Below the pieces are notes generated by a model that saw only the letters and a list, made by a program, of their open reading frames with translations, did no database searches and was not told where the DNA came from. Below, one piece after another: positions 17,972 to 26,224 of a stretch of DNA of 35,356 nt (positions within the stretch are counted from its first letter, which is position 1; each line of letters starts with the position of its first letter). The translations under genes and the position numbers were made by a program. The stretch covers positions 1-35,356 of IMG/VR virus record IMGVR_UViG_3300031965_001336; one strand, given 5' to 3'. The DNA is from a virus (taxonomy: Duplodnaviria > Caudoviricetes).

Positions 17972-18745
17972 TTATTCCTCCGATGAGTTGTTTTTGAAGA
18001 ATTCCACTGCTTGTGCAGTGCGCTCTTCTTCCGTCTCGGCCTTCTTGCGAGTGCCCGGTGTCGTCTGGACTTGCGAACCGCGTTCCGTCTTCAAGACCTT
18101 CGCCTTGATTTCAGGGAACTTGTCGTAGAAACCCGCGTGCACTTTCCGGTACGTCTGTTCGAGGTCCACGAGGTATTCGCCCTCGCTCTCGCCCTGGACA
18201 TACACGGTGAGTGACGGGTCCTTTTCGACTGCGGCGCGGATCTCGTCGAGCTTGAACGGAGGTTCGCCGTGCTTGCCGGCGTACTTCTCCGTGAGGGTCT
18301 TCACCGCGGAGTCGAGCTGTGCGCTCGCGGTCCGCGACTGGTAGCCCTCCTGGAACTCGTTCAACTGCTTCTGGAACGCTTCCAGTTGCGGCTTCGTGAC
18401 GAAGCCGAGCTCCTGAAGAATACGAACCGCTTCCTGTGCCTGCGGATTGCCCGCGAACGCATCGGTGACGGTTTTCTCCGGCTTCTTCAGATTGCCTTGC
18501 TCGTCGATGATCCCGTCCTTGACCAGCTTCGCAATGAGCTGAGACTTCTTCGTGAATTCAGGCTGGAACGATTTGTAATCGTTCGCCGACTTCATGAATT
18601 CGCGAAATTGATCGACAGAGTATTTCTGCCCGTCGAGCTCGTACTCTGTGGGCGCCGCCGGTGGGGTTGTGGTTTGCTGGCCTCCGCCAGTTCCGCCGCC
18701 ATCGCCTCCGCCTCCTGGAGTCGTAGTTTTTGTTGGATCGTCCAT
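17972..18745 (-). CDS. Capsid scaffolding protein
   Basis: Disordered N-terminus, YELDGQKYSVDQ...EFTKKSQLIA motif and coiled coil; between portal and capsid; likely start MDDPT at 18745. Confidence 0.8.
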   Translation of the reverse strand: MDDPTKTTTPGGGGDGGGTGGGQQTTTPPAAPTEYELDGQKYSVDQFREFMKSANDYKSFQPEFTKKSQLIAKLVKDGIIDEQGNLKKPEKTVTDAFAGNPQAQEAVRILQELGFVTKPQLEAFQKQLNEFQEGYQSRTASAQLDSAVKTLTEKYAGKHGEPPFKLDEIRAAVEKDPSLTVYVQGESEGEYLVDLEQTYRKVHAGFYDKFPEIKAKVLKTERGSQVQTTPGTRKKAETEEERTAQAVEFFKNNSSEE

Positions 18746-18950
18746 GTGAATGAACGGACTCTGTTCTTTTCCGCCGACCTTTCCACTGTCCTTGCGGCCT
18801 GGTGGTTGCCTTGCTGTGCGGAAGAGTCCTGGAGTTTCGGGAGATCTCTCTCCCACGGCTGGCCCCGGCGGGGAGGATTACGCCGGCAAGGCTTGTCGGA
18901 TCACCCTCACCGGGACGGAGCCATGCGTGGAAGAACGATGGCGGGATCTG
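18746..18950 (-). ncRNA. Long structured 5' leader of the scaffold-capsid transcript
   Basis: About 200 nt between a predicted promoter and ATG 18745; minus-strand GCCTTGC (18886-18892) can pair with GCAAGGC (18808-18814); CCGAC/GTCGG, CCGCC/GGCGG and GTTCTT/AAGAAC pairings are possible. Confidence 0.45.
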
Positions 18951-18955
18951 CCTTT

Positions 18956-18993
18956 AGAGTAACAGTCGGGTGGTGTTTGTAAACTGTGGATAA
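18956..18993 (-). promoter_or_regulatory. Promoter with adjacent perfect DnaA box
   Basis: TTATCCACA-G-TTTACA-16 bp-TACTCT with extended TG. Confidence 0.6.
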
Positions 18994-18998
18994 GTAGT

Positions 18999-20717
18999 TC
19001 AGGCTGCCGCCGCGGGTGGCTGCGCTGGCGCCTGTTCGACCTTGATGCCCAGCGTCTTCAGAATCTCAAGACGGAGCTCTGGCGGGAGCGCGGCGAATTC
19101 GGGCGTCTCGACGATGGAAACCCCGTGCGCCTTCTCCTCCTGGAGCTTCTCGAGGATCTCGTTCACGTTCGAGAATTTGAACCCCTTCAGGACTTCCTCT
19201 TTCGGCAGGTAGCCCTTGTCGCCGAGCTGGAGCAGGGTGTCCCGCTTGCCCTCCGCCGTGTAGGCGAGGCCGCTTTCGATCTCCACCTTCACCCCGTACT
19301 TCGAGGAGATCGGGATCGCGTCGCTCTGCGGATTCTCCGCGGCCATCGACACGCCGGAGACGAGCTTGAGCGACTGGCGCGTGCCCTCCCTGCCGATGTA
19401 GTTCACGTCCACCGGCTCCTTGAAGTACCGGTCGCCGCATTCGAGAATCTTCTGCGCGATCTCGCTCAGCGTGTCGGAGAGCCGGTCGATCGAAGTCTGC
19501 TGATTCTGGAACTCGGCGTTCTGGAGACTTTCAAGCGCGCGATACGCCTTCACGCCTGGAGGAATCTTGCCGAAACTGATGACCGAAGTCCCGATCTCGT
19601 CCATAAAACCCTTGAGTATCTCGACCATATCGGTCGCGACGGTCGGTGTCGGACCGGGCTGCATCCATGTGGGTGGATTCGGCCCTTCGTACTCGATCAT
19701 CTCGCCGTTCTCATTCAGCACCCGCTCAACCTTCGAGAGCTTGGGCTTGAGGAGCCGCGCGACTCCGACGGTCCGCGCGTAGCCTTCGATCATCGCGGCG
19801 ATGATGTCGATCCCGCGATTTAACGGAATCAGGTCGTCGAACGGCGATGGCTGATACAGCGGACCCTCCTGCGGCGTGTATGCCACGAAAGGAATCTCCG
19901 TCAGCTCAGTTTTGTCCTCCCGGAGAATCTCCCCCTCACACTCCGTGATGAGGTCAAACGTGTCCCCCGACTTAACCCAAATCTCATTTAAGAATTGCCG
20001 CGCGACTCTCGGATCGGTGATCGCAGTTGTATGGCCGCGACCCTGTTCCCGGAGCTTGATGTTCTTCCAGTCCGAGAGCGCAAGCCGATCGGACGGCTTG
20101 AGACGAGCCGTCACTTCGGGGTCGTAGAGCGGTTCCCCCTCGGCATCCTTTACGTTCTTGATGTATTCGAGTGTTCGCGAGACTCCTTTCCTGAGCCACG
20201 ACGACTCGCGGAGTTCACCGATCCCCATTTCATGCCAGATGTCATACGGCTCGTATGTGTCTAAAAAGATATTTCCGTCAGCGTCGCCGCCAATCTCCGC
20301 GTAGCCGACGTTGTAGCGGAACCCGTGCGAGACGAGCTTCCTGATCTGCCGCCTCAACCCGAGGAAGTACCAAAGGGCATCCATCCATTCCGAGACGCCG
20401 CGGGCGTTCTCGTCGAACTTCTCAGTCAGCGCCGCGTCCATCCCTGGCTGCGGATAGATCACCCAGCGCGGATCGCGCGACACGACCAGGTTCACGAGAC
20501 TCTTGATCTGCTTTTTCGCGCGGGGGATGGGCCGGACCTGGATGCCCTTCGGGAACTTGATCGGTTCGAGCTGGCCGAGCTGGTTGACCTGCTTTACGAA
20601 GTGGTTGTTCTCCCAGAAGTTGTCCGAGAGATACCACCGCATGTCGAACTTCTGGCGCGACTGGCGGCCGTACTCGATGATGTCCTTCGCTAACTTTTTG
20701 TTGGCGGTGTCAGCCAG
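18999..20717 (-). CDS. Portal protein; probable CTG start at 20717
   Basis: About 570 aa between TerL and scaffold; IPFVAY...FDDLIPLNRGID portal-type segment; frame is open 25 codons upstream of ATG 20642 to a CTG that follows a TGA. Confidence 0.85.
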   Translation of the reverse strand: MADTANKKLAKDIIEYGRQSRQKFDMRWYLSDNFWENNHFVKQVNQLGQLEPIKFPKGIQVRPIPRAKKQIKSLVNLVVSRDPRWVIYPQPGMDAALTEKFDENARGVSEWMDALWYFLGLRRQIRKLVSHGFRYNVGYAEIGGDADGNIFLDTYEPYDIWHEMGIGELRESSWLRKGVSRTLEYIKNVKDAEGEPLYDPEVTARLKPSDRLALSDWKNIKLREQGRGHTTAITDPRVARQFLNEIWVKSGDTFDLITECEGEILREDKTELTEIPFVAYTPQEGPLYQPSPFDDLIPLNRGIDIIAAMIEGYARTVGVARLLKPKLSKVERVLNENGEMIEYEGPNPPTWMQPGPTPTVATDMVEILKGFMDEIGTSVISFGKIPPGVKAYRALESLQNAEFQNQQTSIDRLSDTLSEIAQKILECGDRYFKEPVDVNYIGREGTRQSLKLVSGVSMAAENPQSDAIPISSKYGVKVEIESGLAYTAEGKRDTLLQLGDKGYLPKEEVLKGFKFSNVNEILEKLQEEKAHGVSIVETPEFAALPPELRLEILKTLGIKVEQAPAQPPAAAA

Positions 20718-20731
20718 TCATGTGCCTTGCT

Positions 20732-21001
20732 TTACTCTTCCTCGAAATCCTTGCCGCCCCGTGCGAACTCGTCCTCCACCACTTTCAGGGCGAGAGCCGG
20801 GTCGAGGTCCTCGAGCGGGACCGCCGGGATCTCCGGCGGCTCGTCCTTGAATCCTTTTTTCTCGACCTTCCGGGCGAAGAGATACTCCTCAAGATTCCGC
20901 GCCTTGATCTTCGTCGTCAGGTCGCGGAGCTGCCGGTCGTGCTGAATCTCCCGGAACACGAAGAGGCCGGTAAGGATGAACAGCACGACGTACTCGAACA
21001 T
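20732..21001 (-). CDS. Small protein with N-terminal TM segment
   Basis: 89 aa; hydrophobic N-terminus and acidic tail; A/C-rich leader. Confidence 0.7.
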   Translation of the reverse strand: MFEYVVLFILTGLFVFREIQHDRQLRDLTTKIKARNLEEYLFARKVEKKGFKDEPPEIPAVPLEDLDPALALKVVEDEFARGGKDFEEE

Positions 21002-21026
21002 GTGTGGTGGTACAACCGGTGTGCGT

Positions 21027-21254
21027 CTACGACTGCGGTCGCTTTTCCTCGATGGCAGCGATCGCGTCCTTCTTAGTTTTGAACGCTACGGCAAGACCGA
21101 GCTGAGCGCCAAGTTCGTTGAGCTGCTTGAGCTTCATCGTTTTGAGCGCGGCGAATTCGGGAATGTCCGCGGGCGCGATCGCGTCCGCCGCCTTCGGCTT
21201 CGGTTCAGCGTCGCCCTTCGGCTGCTGGCCGTCGATGTTGGTGCTGATTGGCAC
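21027..21254 (-). CDS. Rho-N / HeH-like domain protein
   Basis: MKLKQLNELGAQLGL...KKDAIAAIEE pattern. Confidence 0.65.
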   Translation of the reverse strand: MPISTNIDGQQPKGDAEPKPKAADAIAPADIPEFAALKTMKLKQLNELGAQLGLAVAFKTKKDAIAAIEEKRPQS

Positions 21255-21305
21255 GTTAATTACTTCACGTTTGCTTTACCCCGACCTTTTCAACCATTGC
21301 CTCTT

Positions 21306-21342
21306 ATCGTAAAGCTCCCTCCCGCACCGTCAATGTGCACAA
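21306..21342 (-). promoter_or_regulatory. Promoter upstream of the portal cluster with adjacent DnaA-like box
   Basis: TTGTGCACA-TTGACG-16 bp-TACGAT. Confidence 0.6.
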
Positions 21343-21343
21343 C

Positions 21344-22963
21344 TCACTCCTCGCCGTAGTCCTCGTCGTGCTGACGCCGGCTGAGCGTCTCGATGTCGCG
21401 CTGCACGGCGTCGGACTTCACCTCCTTGTCGGTGAGCGGCTTCCTCGGCCGGTCCTTCACCGAGGCCGGAGCGTTATGACGGATCATGAGCGCGATCGCG
21501 TCGGCGAAGATCTCGTCGTCGTTCTTGCCGCTCATCGCCTCCGGCCGCCCTTGGCGGTCCCTAACGAAGGTAAGGCACTCCTGGAGAAGATCGCGGTCCG
21601 GCCAGTATTCGGTCTCGGCGATCGCGGTGAGGAGCTCCGCGAGCATCACGGGCCGGCTTTGCGAATCCGTCTTCCAGCCGTATTTCCTCCGCGGCTTCCG
21701 CGTCACCTCGTCGAGAAGCTCCTGGAAGTGGAGGTTGGGGTAGCCCATCTCGACGAGCTCGCTGTTCACCCAGAGCCCGTCCTTGTTCACCTCGACGCCC
21801 ATGTAGGCGTTGTTGTAGAACGCGCCGAGAAGGTAGGCGCCCTTCGCAAACTCGTCGGGCGGAACCTGGCCGCGCCATTTCGCGACGAGCCGACCCGTGC
21901 CGGCTTCGCGCACCCGGAGGACGGACCAGTCGCCGCCGACGATCCCCTCCGCCACGTCGCCGCCGACGACGTAGCCCTTGTACTCGTCGGGCGTTTCCCA
22001 AATCCGCAGCGGGCCGTTCTGGTCCTGGACGAACCGGATGCCTTCGGGCTCGCGCTTCAGGAACCCGCGCGCGGCCGGCTCGACGGCTTTTCTCAAGAGC
22101 ATCGCGATCCGGTCGTTGTCGAAATACGATGAGCCCGTGGCGAGAAACGCCTCGTCGGGCGTCTCCGGATACTCCTGCTTCAGCATCCGCTTGTCGGTGA
22201 ACTCGGAGGCGATGACCTGAAACTGCTCGGGGGTGTAGAACTCGCGCCAGCCGAAGAACCGAGGCTTGAAGCGCACGAGTCCCTGCTCGGCGAGATGCCA
22301 CGTCTCCTCGTAATGGTTCCCGTAGCCGTTCGCGGTCGATTCGATGAACGCCAAGCCGCTCTCGGCGTCCATTTGCCGCAACGTGCCCTCGATGATCTCG
22401 GACGCGGACATCTTCTCAAGGTCCGGGTAGTGGGCGGCCTCGGAGAACAGAAGCTTCTGCACCGTGCTGCCGCGCCCTCCCGTCCTCGCCGATGCGGTGC
22501 CGCACGCGAAGTGCGCGAGGTTGTGCCGCAGCTCGTAGTTGCCGTCCTCGTCACGGGCGAACGTCCGCCGGGCGAGACCTTCAAGGCGGTTCGGGTTTCG
22601 GCGATCGCCTTCGGCAAGCGCGAGCTTCCGCGCCGCCCACGACAGCATGAACCAGCGGTAACGCTTCCGGAACTGCCGCGTGGCCTCGTCCTTGTAGCTG
22701 ATGACGAATGATTCGGTGGGATCGCGGGTCAGAATGTCGTCTGCGGCAAAAATGCCGAGAATGAGACTCGTGAATCCTTCCTTGCGGGCTTTCAGGACGA
22801 TCTCGCGGACCGCGGCAAGTAGACCGCGGTTTTCAATGTCGTAGTCGCGGCAGAGATCGTCGTAATAGCGGTTCTGAACGTCGCGGAACTTAAACGGGAC
22901 CAGCCGCCCGGTCTTGGGCTCATCGATCAGGAAGTTGTCCTCGATGAACCGGCGGTACTTCAC
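21344..22963 (-). CDS. terL: Terminase large subunit
   Basis: LKARKEGFTS Walker A variant, LLFSEAA Walker B, IESTANG, nuclease GGDVAEG and NDDEIFADAIA. Confidence 0.95.
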   Translation of the reverse strand: MKYRRFIEDNFLIDEPKTGRLVPFKFRDVQNRYYDDLCRDYDIENRGLLAAVREIVLKARKEGFTSLILGIFAADDILTRDPTESFVISYKDEATRQFRKRYRWFMLSWAARKLALAEGDRRNPNRLEGLARRTFARDEDGNYELRHNLAHFACGTASARTGGRGSTVQKLLFSEAAHYPDLEKMSASEIIEGTLRQMDAESGLAFIESTANGYGNHYEETWHLAEQGLVRFKPRFFGWREFYTPEQFQVIASEFTDKRMLKQEYPETPDEAFLATGSSYFDNDRIAMLLRKAVEPAARGFLKREPEGIRFVQDQNGPLRIWETPDEYKGYVVGGDVAEGIVGGDWSVLRVREAGTGRLVAKWRGQVPPDEFAKGAYLLGAFYNNAYMGVEVNKDGLWVNSELVEMGYPNLHFQELLDEVTRKPRRKYGWKTDSQSRPVMLAELLTAIAETEYWPDRDLLQECLTFVRDRQGRPEAMSGKNDDEIFADAIALMIRHNAPASVKDRPRKPLTDKEVKSDAVQRDIETLSRRQHDEDYGEE

Positions 22964-23463
22964 GCGTAATCGTTGCGGTCTTTCTCCGGATCGGGTCGCG
23001 TGACCTCCACCTCCTGCTTGTCGCGCATGTCCGTCACGTTCTTCGCCACGAAGATGAAGCTCGCCGGCGGAGCTGCACCCGAAAGCCCAAGTGAGATCAG
23101 GAACTCTTTCTGTAGTTCTTTCGCCTCTTTATAGGCCTTGCAAAACTCGGCGAGCTCTGGAAAATCCTTCGCCGGAGTCCCGTCCTCGTCCTCTCCTTTC
23201 TCCGCCCATCGCCAGAGGGTCGTGTAGTCAACCTTGATCTTCTTGGCGAAGCCGTAGAGCGTCGGCAGTCGGTTCGCGATCAGCCGGAACTTCTTGCTCT
23301 CTTTCTTCACGTCCCCGTTCGCGAAGAACTCTTTGGCCTGTTCCGCGATCTCCCGACGATACGGTTCGAGGGAGAAAAACTCCACGAGCTGCTTGCAGTA
23401 CTCGGGTTTGAACTTCGTCGGCCGGCCGCCGGGGTGTTTAGGCTTGGGTGCCTTTTTCGTCAT
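22960..23463 (-). CDS. terS: Terminase small subunit
   Basis: GRPTKFKPEYC, HTH TLYGFAKKIKVDYTTLWRW and IFVAKN..DMRDKQEVE; GTAA-adjacent overlap with TerL start. Confidence 0.88.
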   Translation of the reverse strand: MTKKAPKPKHPGGRPTKFKPEYCKQLVEFFSLEPYRREIAEQAKEFFANGDVKKESKKFRLIANRLPTLYGFAKKIKVDYTTLWRWAEKGEDEDGTPAKDFPELAEFCKAYKEAKELQKEFLISLGLSGAAPPASFIFVAKNVTDMRDKQEVEVTRPDPEKDRNDYA

Positions 23464-23629
23464 CGAGCGTCCCATGCTTCAAGTCCCACAGCTCCGCGCG
23501 CACTGCGAGGAGCGAGAGCACCAACGCGACCGACCAGTGCGCCTGGAACCAGACCGTCACGAGAAGGCCGATCTCGACGAGCATGCGAAGGAGTGTGTAT
23601 TTTGGCTGGCGGGTGAACGTGCGGGGCAT
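23438..23629 (-). CDS. Small membrane protein, first late gene, probably leaderless
   Basis: 63 aa with two hydrophobic stretches; ATG 7 nt after the predicted -10. Confidence 0.6.
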   Translation of the reverse strand: MPRTFTRQPKYTLLRMLVEIGLLVTVWFQAHWSVALVLSLLAVRAELWDLKHGTLDDEKGTQA

Positions 23630-23636
23630 TGATTTC

Positions 23637-23664
23637 ACTTTAGTACACCGGTGGATTTTGGCAA
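23637..23664 (-). promoter_or_regulatory. Putative promoter of the packaging operon
   Basis: TTGCCA-16 bp-TAAAGT. Confidence 0.5.
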
Positions 23665-23709
23665 GCTCACGATTGGTGGACATTCAAGGGCAAGATCGGG
23701 TATAGATCG

Positions 23710-24017
23710 ACAGAGGCCGACCCCAACCCACAAGAGGTTGACGCCGGCCCAAACTGGCGTTTTGTCCAACGGGACAGGTCCTGGGCACCCTGGAAGTAAG
23801 GTGTAGGGGACGAGTCCTCAGCGGACGATTCCAACGCCCCGTACGAACCGACCCTTTCAGGGTCGGCCGGAGGTCCCTATCAGGGACTGGACGGACGGCT
23901 CGCGCTACACACTCTCACCTCTGCGCGGAGGGGTGACAAAGGAGTAGCCGGGCCGCGGAGAAGCAGCACGAAGAACGGCGCTTCACTTTCCACTTCCGCG
24001 CAAGGTGGAGGTGTGAC
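23710..24017 (+). ncRNA. Highly structured ~300-nt leader or ncRNA with SD-sequestering hairpin
   Basis: Follows TGGACA-18 bp-TATAGA; hairpins 23848-23866, 23873-23887 and 23915-23936; 23988-23995 pairs with 24003-24010 over the SD. Confidence 0.55.
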
Positions 24018-24239
24018 TTGCGAGCGCTGTTTTCAATCATCGCCCTCTCGCTTCCCGGGATCTCCGAGGAATCCCTTGTCACTATCGCTGCGCTAGTCCT
24101 GCTCGTCCTGAGCATCGCAACCGTGATCTGGCCGAAGTTCACGGGGCTGGTGAAGATGATCTGGGCCGACTTCCGCGCGGCGGTGAGGGAAATGCGCGAC
24201 TTTTGGCAGGAGCTCCGGCAGAACCGCGGCGTTCCCTAA
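24018..24239 (+). CDS. Small hydrophobic protein (type I toxin-like or moron)
   Basis: GGAGGT SD 5 nt before TTG; strong TM helix followed by an amphipathic charged tail. Confidence 0.65.
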   Translation: MRALFSIIALSLPGISEESLVTIAALVLLVLSIATVIWPKFTGLVKMIWADFRAAVREMRDFWQELRQNRGVP

Positions 24240-24320
24240 GAACGTTGCCGCCCGGCCGGGCTTGGAATACTATCCCCAGCTACGCGGGAACGCGCCCAAT
24301 AACCACAGAGAGGCCGAAGC

Positions 24321-24986
24321 GTGGGTCTTCTAGACAATCTTCTCGCCGCTTACGAGAAACACAAAGATGGCGTCAACCTGGCGCTCCTCACGGTGATCGC
24401 CGCTGCGGGAATATCTGGAACGCTGTATTTCCAGAGCCTCTCCACTCAGCTTCAGAACGCCAATCAAACGAACGCGTCCAACACCTCACGCCTCGAACTC
24501 GACCACCGCGCGCTCGCTGGGCGGGTCGAACTTCTCGAAAAAGCAGCCGTTGGTTTGGTCGCCAGTCTCGACAAAGCCACCGCGACTTTTGAAAAGGCCA
24601 TTTCCGATCCTCGGAGTAAGACAAATTCCGCTGAACTTCAAAAAACGCTCGACGAGCTTCAGCGCGCCGCCGATAATTTACGCGTTACCAGCGAAACTAC
24701 CAAGATACTGTCCAACAGCATCGCACTCAGAGAACTCGATCCCGCCGTTCTGGCGTACCTGGCTCGCAGCAGCAATTACGCAGCGCTAGTAAATGCACCC
24801 ATGAACGAAGCGCTGCTACGAGACTACTTGTTGGCTCAAGCTTCAGCCGACGCTCCTCCCCAACAGCGTTGGGGGATTATCGTAGTCGCTGTCTTGATAT
24901 CCCTCGGCCTCCTACTCGCGTATCTTCTCGGTTGGTCCTCCTCTCGAAATCGGAAAACAGATTCATCAAAGAGCAACGCATCTTGA
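24321..24986 (+). CDS. Moron membrane protein (TM-coiled coil-TM)
   Basis: 221 aa on the opposite strand, visibly lower GC; own promoter TTGCCG-17 bp-TACTAT and GAGG SD. Confidence 0.75.
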   Translation: MGLLDNLLAAYEKHKDGVNLALLTVIAAAGISGTLYFQSLSTQLQNANQTNASNTSRLELDHRALAGRVELLEKAAVGLVASLDKATATFEKAISDPRSKTNSAELQKTLDELQRAADNLRVTSETTKILSNSIALRELDPAVLAYLARSSNYAALVNAPMNEALLRDYLLAQASADAPPQQRWGIIVVAVLISLGLLLAYLLGWSSSRNRKTDSSKSNAS

Positions 24987-25013
24987 ACAACGCTCGCCTG
25001 AAGGCGAGAGGTT

Positions 25014-25199
25014 TCACCCATAATTTCGCCACGGCTCCGTCGCCCGCTCGACTTCGATCTGCCGGCAGAGCATCGCGTTCTCGGCGACCAGGAAGCTCGC
25101 CCAGAACGCCCAGCCCGCGACTTCCCACTTGCCTGCGGCGAGATTGATGAAGCCTGCGACGAGCCCGAGGATCAGGCAGATGATGTGTGTCCTCGTCAT
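25014..25199 (-). CDS. Small membrane protein
   Basis: 61 aa MTRTHIICLILGLVAGF... with two hydrophobic segments; ATGA overlap. Confidence 0.55.
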   Translation of the reverse strand: MTRTHIICLILGLVAGFINLAAGKWEVAGWAFWASFLVAENAMLCRQIEVERATEPWRNYG

Positions 25200-25498
25200 C
25201 TTGGGATCGATGATAAAATTAGAGGATGAACCGAGCATCTTGCAAATGCGGCGCTTGGCTGGGGATTGGCTGCATCTGCTTCCACTCGATCTCGATCTTC
25301 GGGAAGAAGGCGGAAGGAGTCGCTGACCACCTTGCTCTCGGCGATCAGCCGGCGGTTGAAGTAACCAACTACCACTCGACCGAGGCGCACTATGTGGACT
25401 GGCCAACCTTGGGCAATCGCTCGGAGTGGGTGATTCCCGGCGTCAGGTCCACCGGCAGCAGTTCCAGCACAAACTCGCTGGGATAGACGCTTCCTCAT
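25196..25498 (-). CDS. Hypothetical protein (uncertain)
   Basis: ATGA overlaps at both ends, but no recognisable motif and a competing + strand ORF at 25226-25486. Confidence 0.3.
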   Translation of the reverse strand: MRKRLSQRVCAGTAAGGPDAGNHPLRAIAQGWPVHIVRLGRVVVGYFNRRLIAESKVVSDSFRLLPEDRDRVEADAANPQPSAAFARCSVHPLILSSIPR

Positions 25499-25908
25499 AC
25501 GAGTGTTGCCTGTTTGCTCCCCCGAGCCTCGACTCGTTCCGGGTTCGACTCGCCGAAGGCCTCAACGACTGCCTTGCACTCCTTCACGTCGAACATGCCG
25601 ATGTGCGCCTGGATGTGAGGCATCTCGAGCCGTCGCGCGAGTTCTCGATAAGCGGCCGACCTCGACATCTTGCCCCGCCAGAACTTGTCGAACGCGGAAT
25701 GCGCGCGCTTCTTCCACTCCCGAAGCTCTGCGTTCGCCATCCGGCCGAGCGGGACGTGAGCCCGACTGTTCTTGTGAACTCCCACGTAGGCGTCGCACTC
25801 CGGATACTTGCCGCACAGCCAAATCTTTCCGTAGCTCCTGCCGTAGATGACCGCGCTGTCGGTGAGCCGCGCCTCCGAACCGCAATAGGGACACACCACT
25901 TGCGTCAT
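25495..25908 (-). CDS. DUF3268-like zinc-finger protein
   Basis: CPYCG...CDAYVGVH...PLGRMANAELR...AHSAFD...AY..LA...HIGMFD..EC. Confidence 0.9.
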   Translation of the reverse strand: MTQVVCPYCGSEARLTDSAVIYGRSYGKIWLCGKYPECDAYVGVHKNSRAHVPLGRMANAELREWKKRAHSAFDKFWRGKMSRSAAYRELARRLEMPHIQAHIGMFDVKECKAVVEAFGESNPERVEARGSKQATLV

Positions 25909-26210
25909 GTGATGAGCCGTGCTTGCACTCGATCCGGCGCCTCGGCCCGCTCCGGCCTCGCCGGCGGCAGAACGATTCGCCTCGACCCGACGAGCCGGTA
26001 GAAATAGAGCGTCGGATGCTCGGGGTCCTTTTCACTCACGATTCGCTCCGGCCGCCCCTGTTTCTTGAAGCGGTCGTTCAGGTCCCACACTCTCGCGGAG
26101 ATTCGCGCGATCCCGAGATGATCCGAGCCGTAGACGACGCGCATGATCTCGTCCGTGCGGTGCGGGCGGCCGTCGGAGAGGAGTTCGAGAAGTTTCTGTG
26201 CCTGGGTCAT
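25905..26210 (-). CDS. Winged-HTH protein
   Basis: MTQAQKLLELLSDG...ISARVWDL...YRL pattern; start 26210. Confidence 0.7.
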   Translation of the reverse strand: MTQAQKLLELLSDGRPHRTDEIMRVVYGSDHLGIARISARVWDLNDRFKKQGRPERIVSEKDPEHPTLYFYRLVGSRRIVLPPARPERAEAPDRVQARLIT

Positions 26211-26224
26211 ACCTCCGTTCCCGC

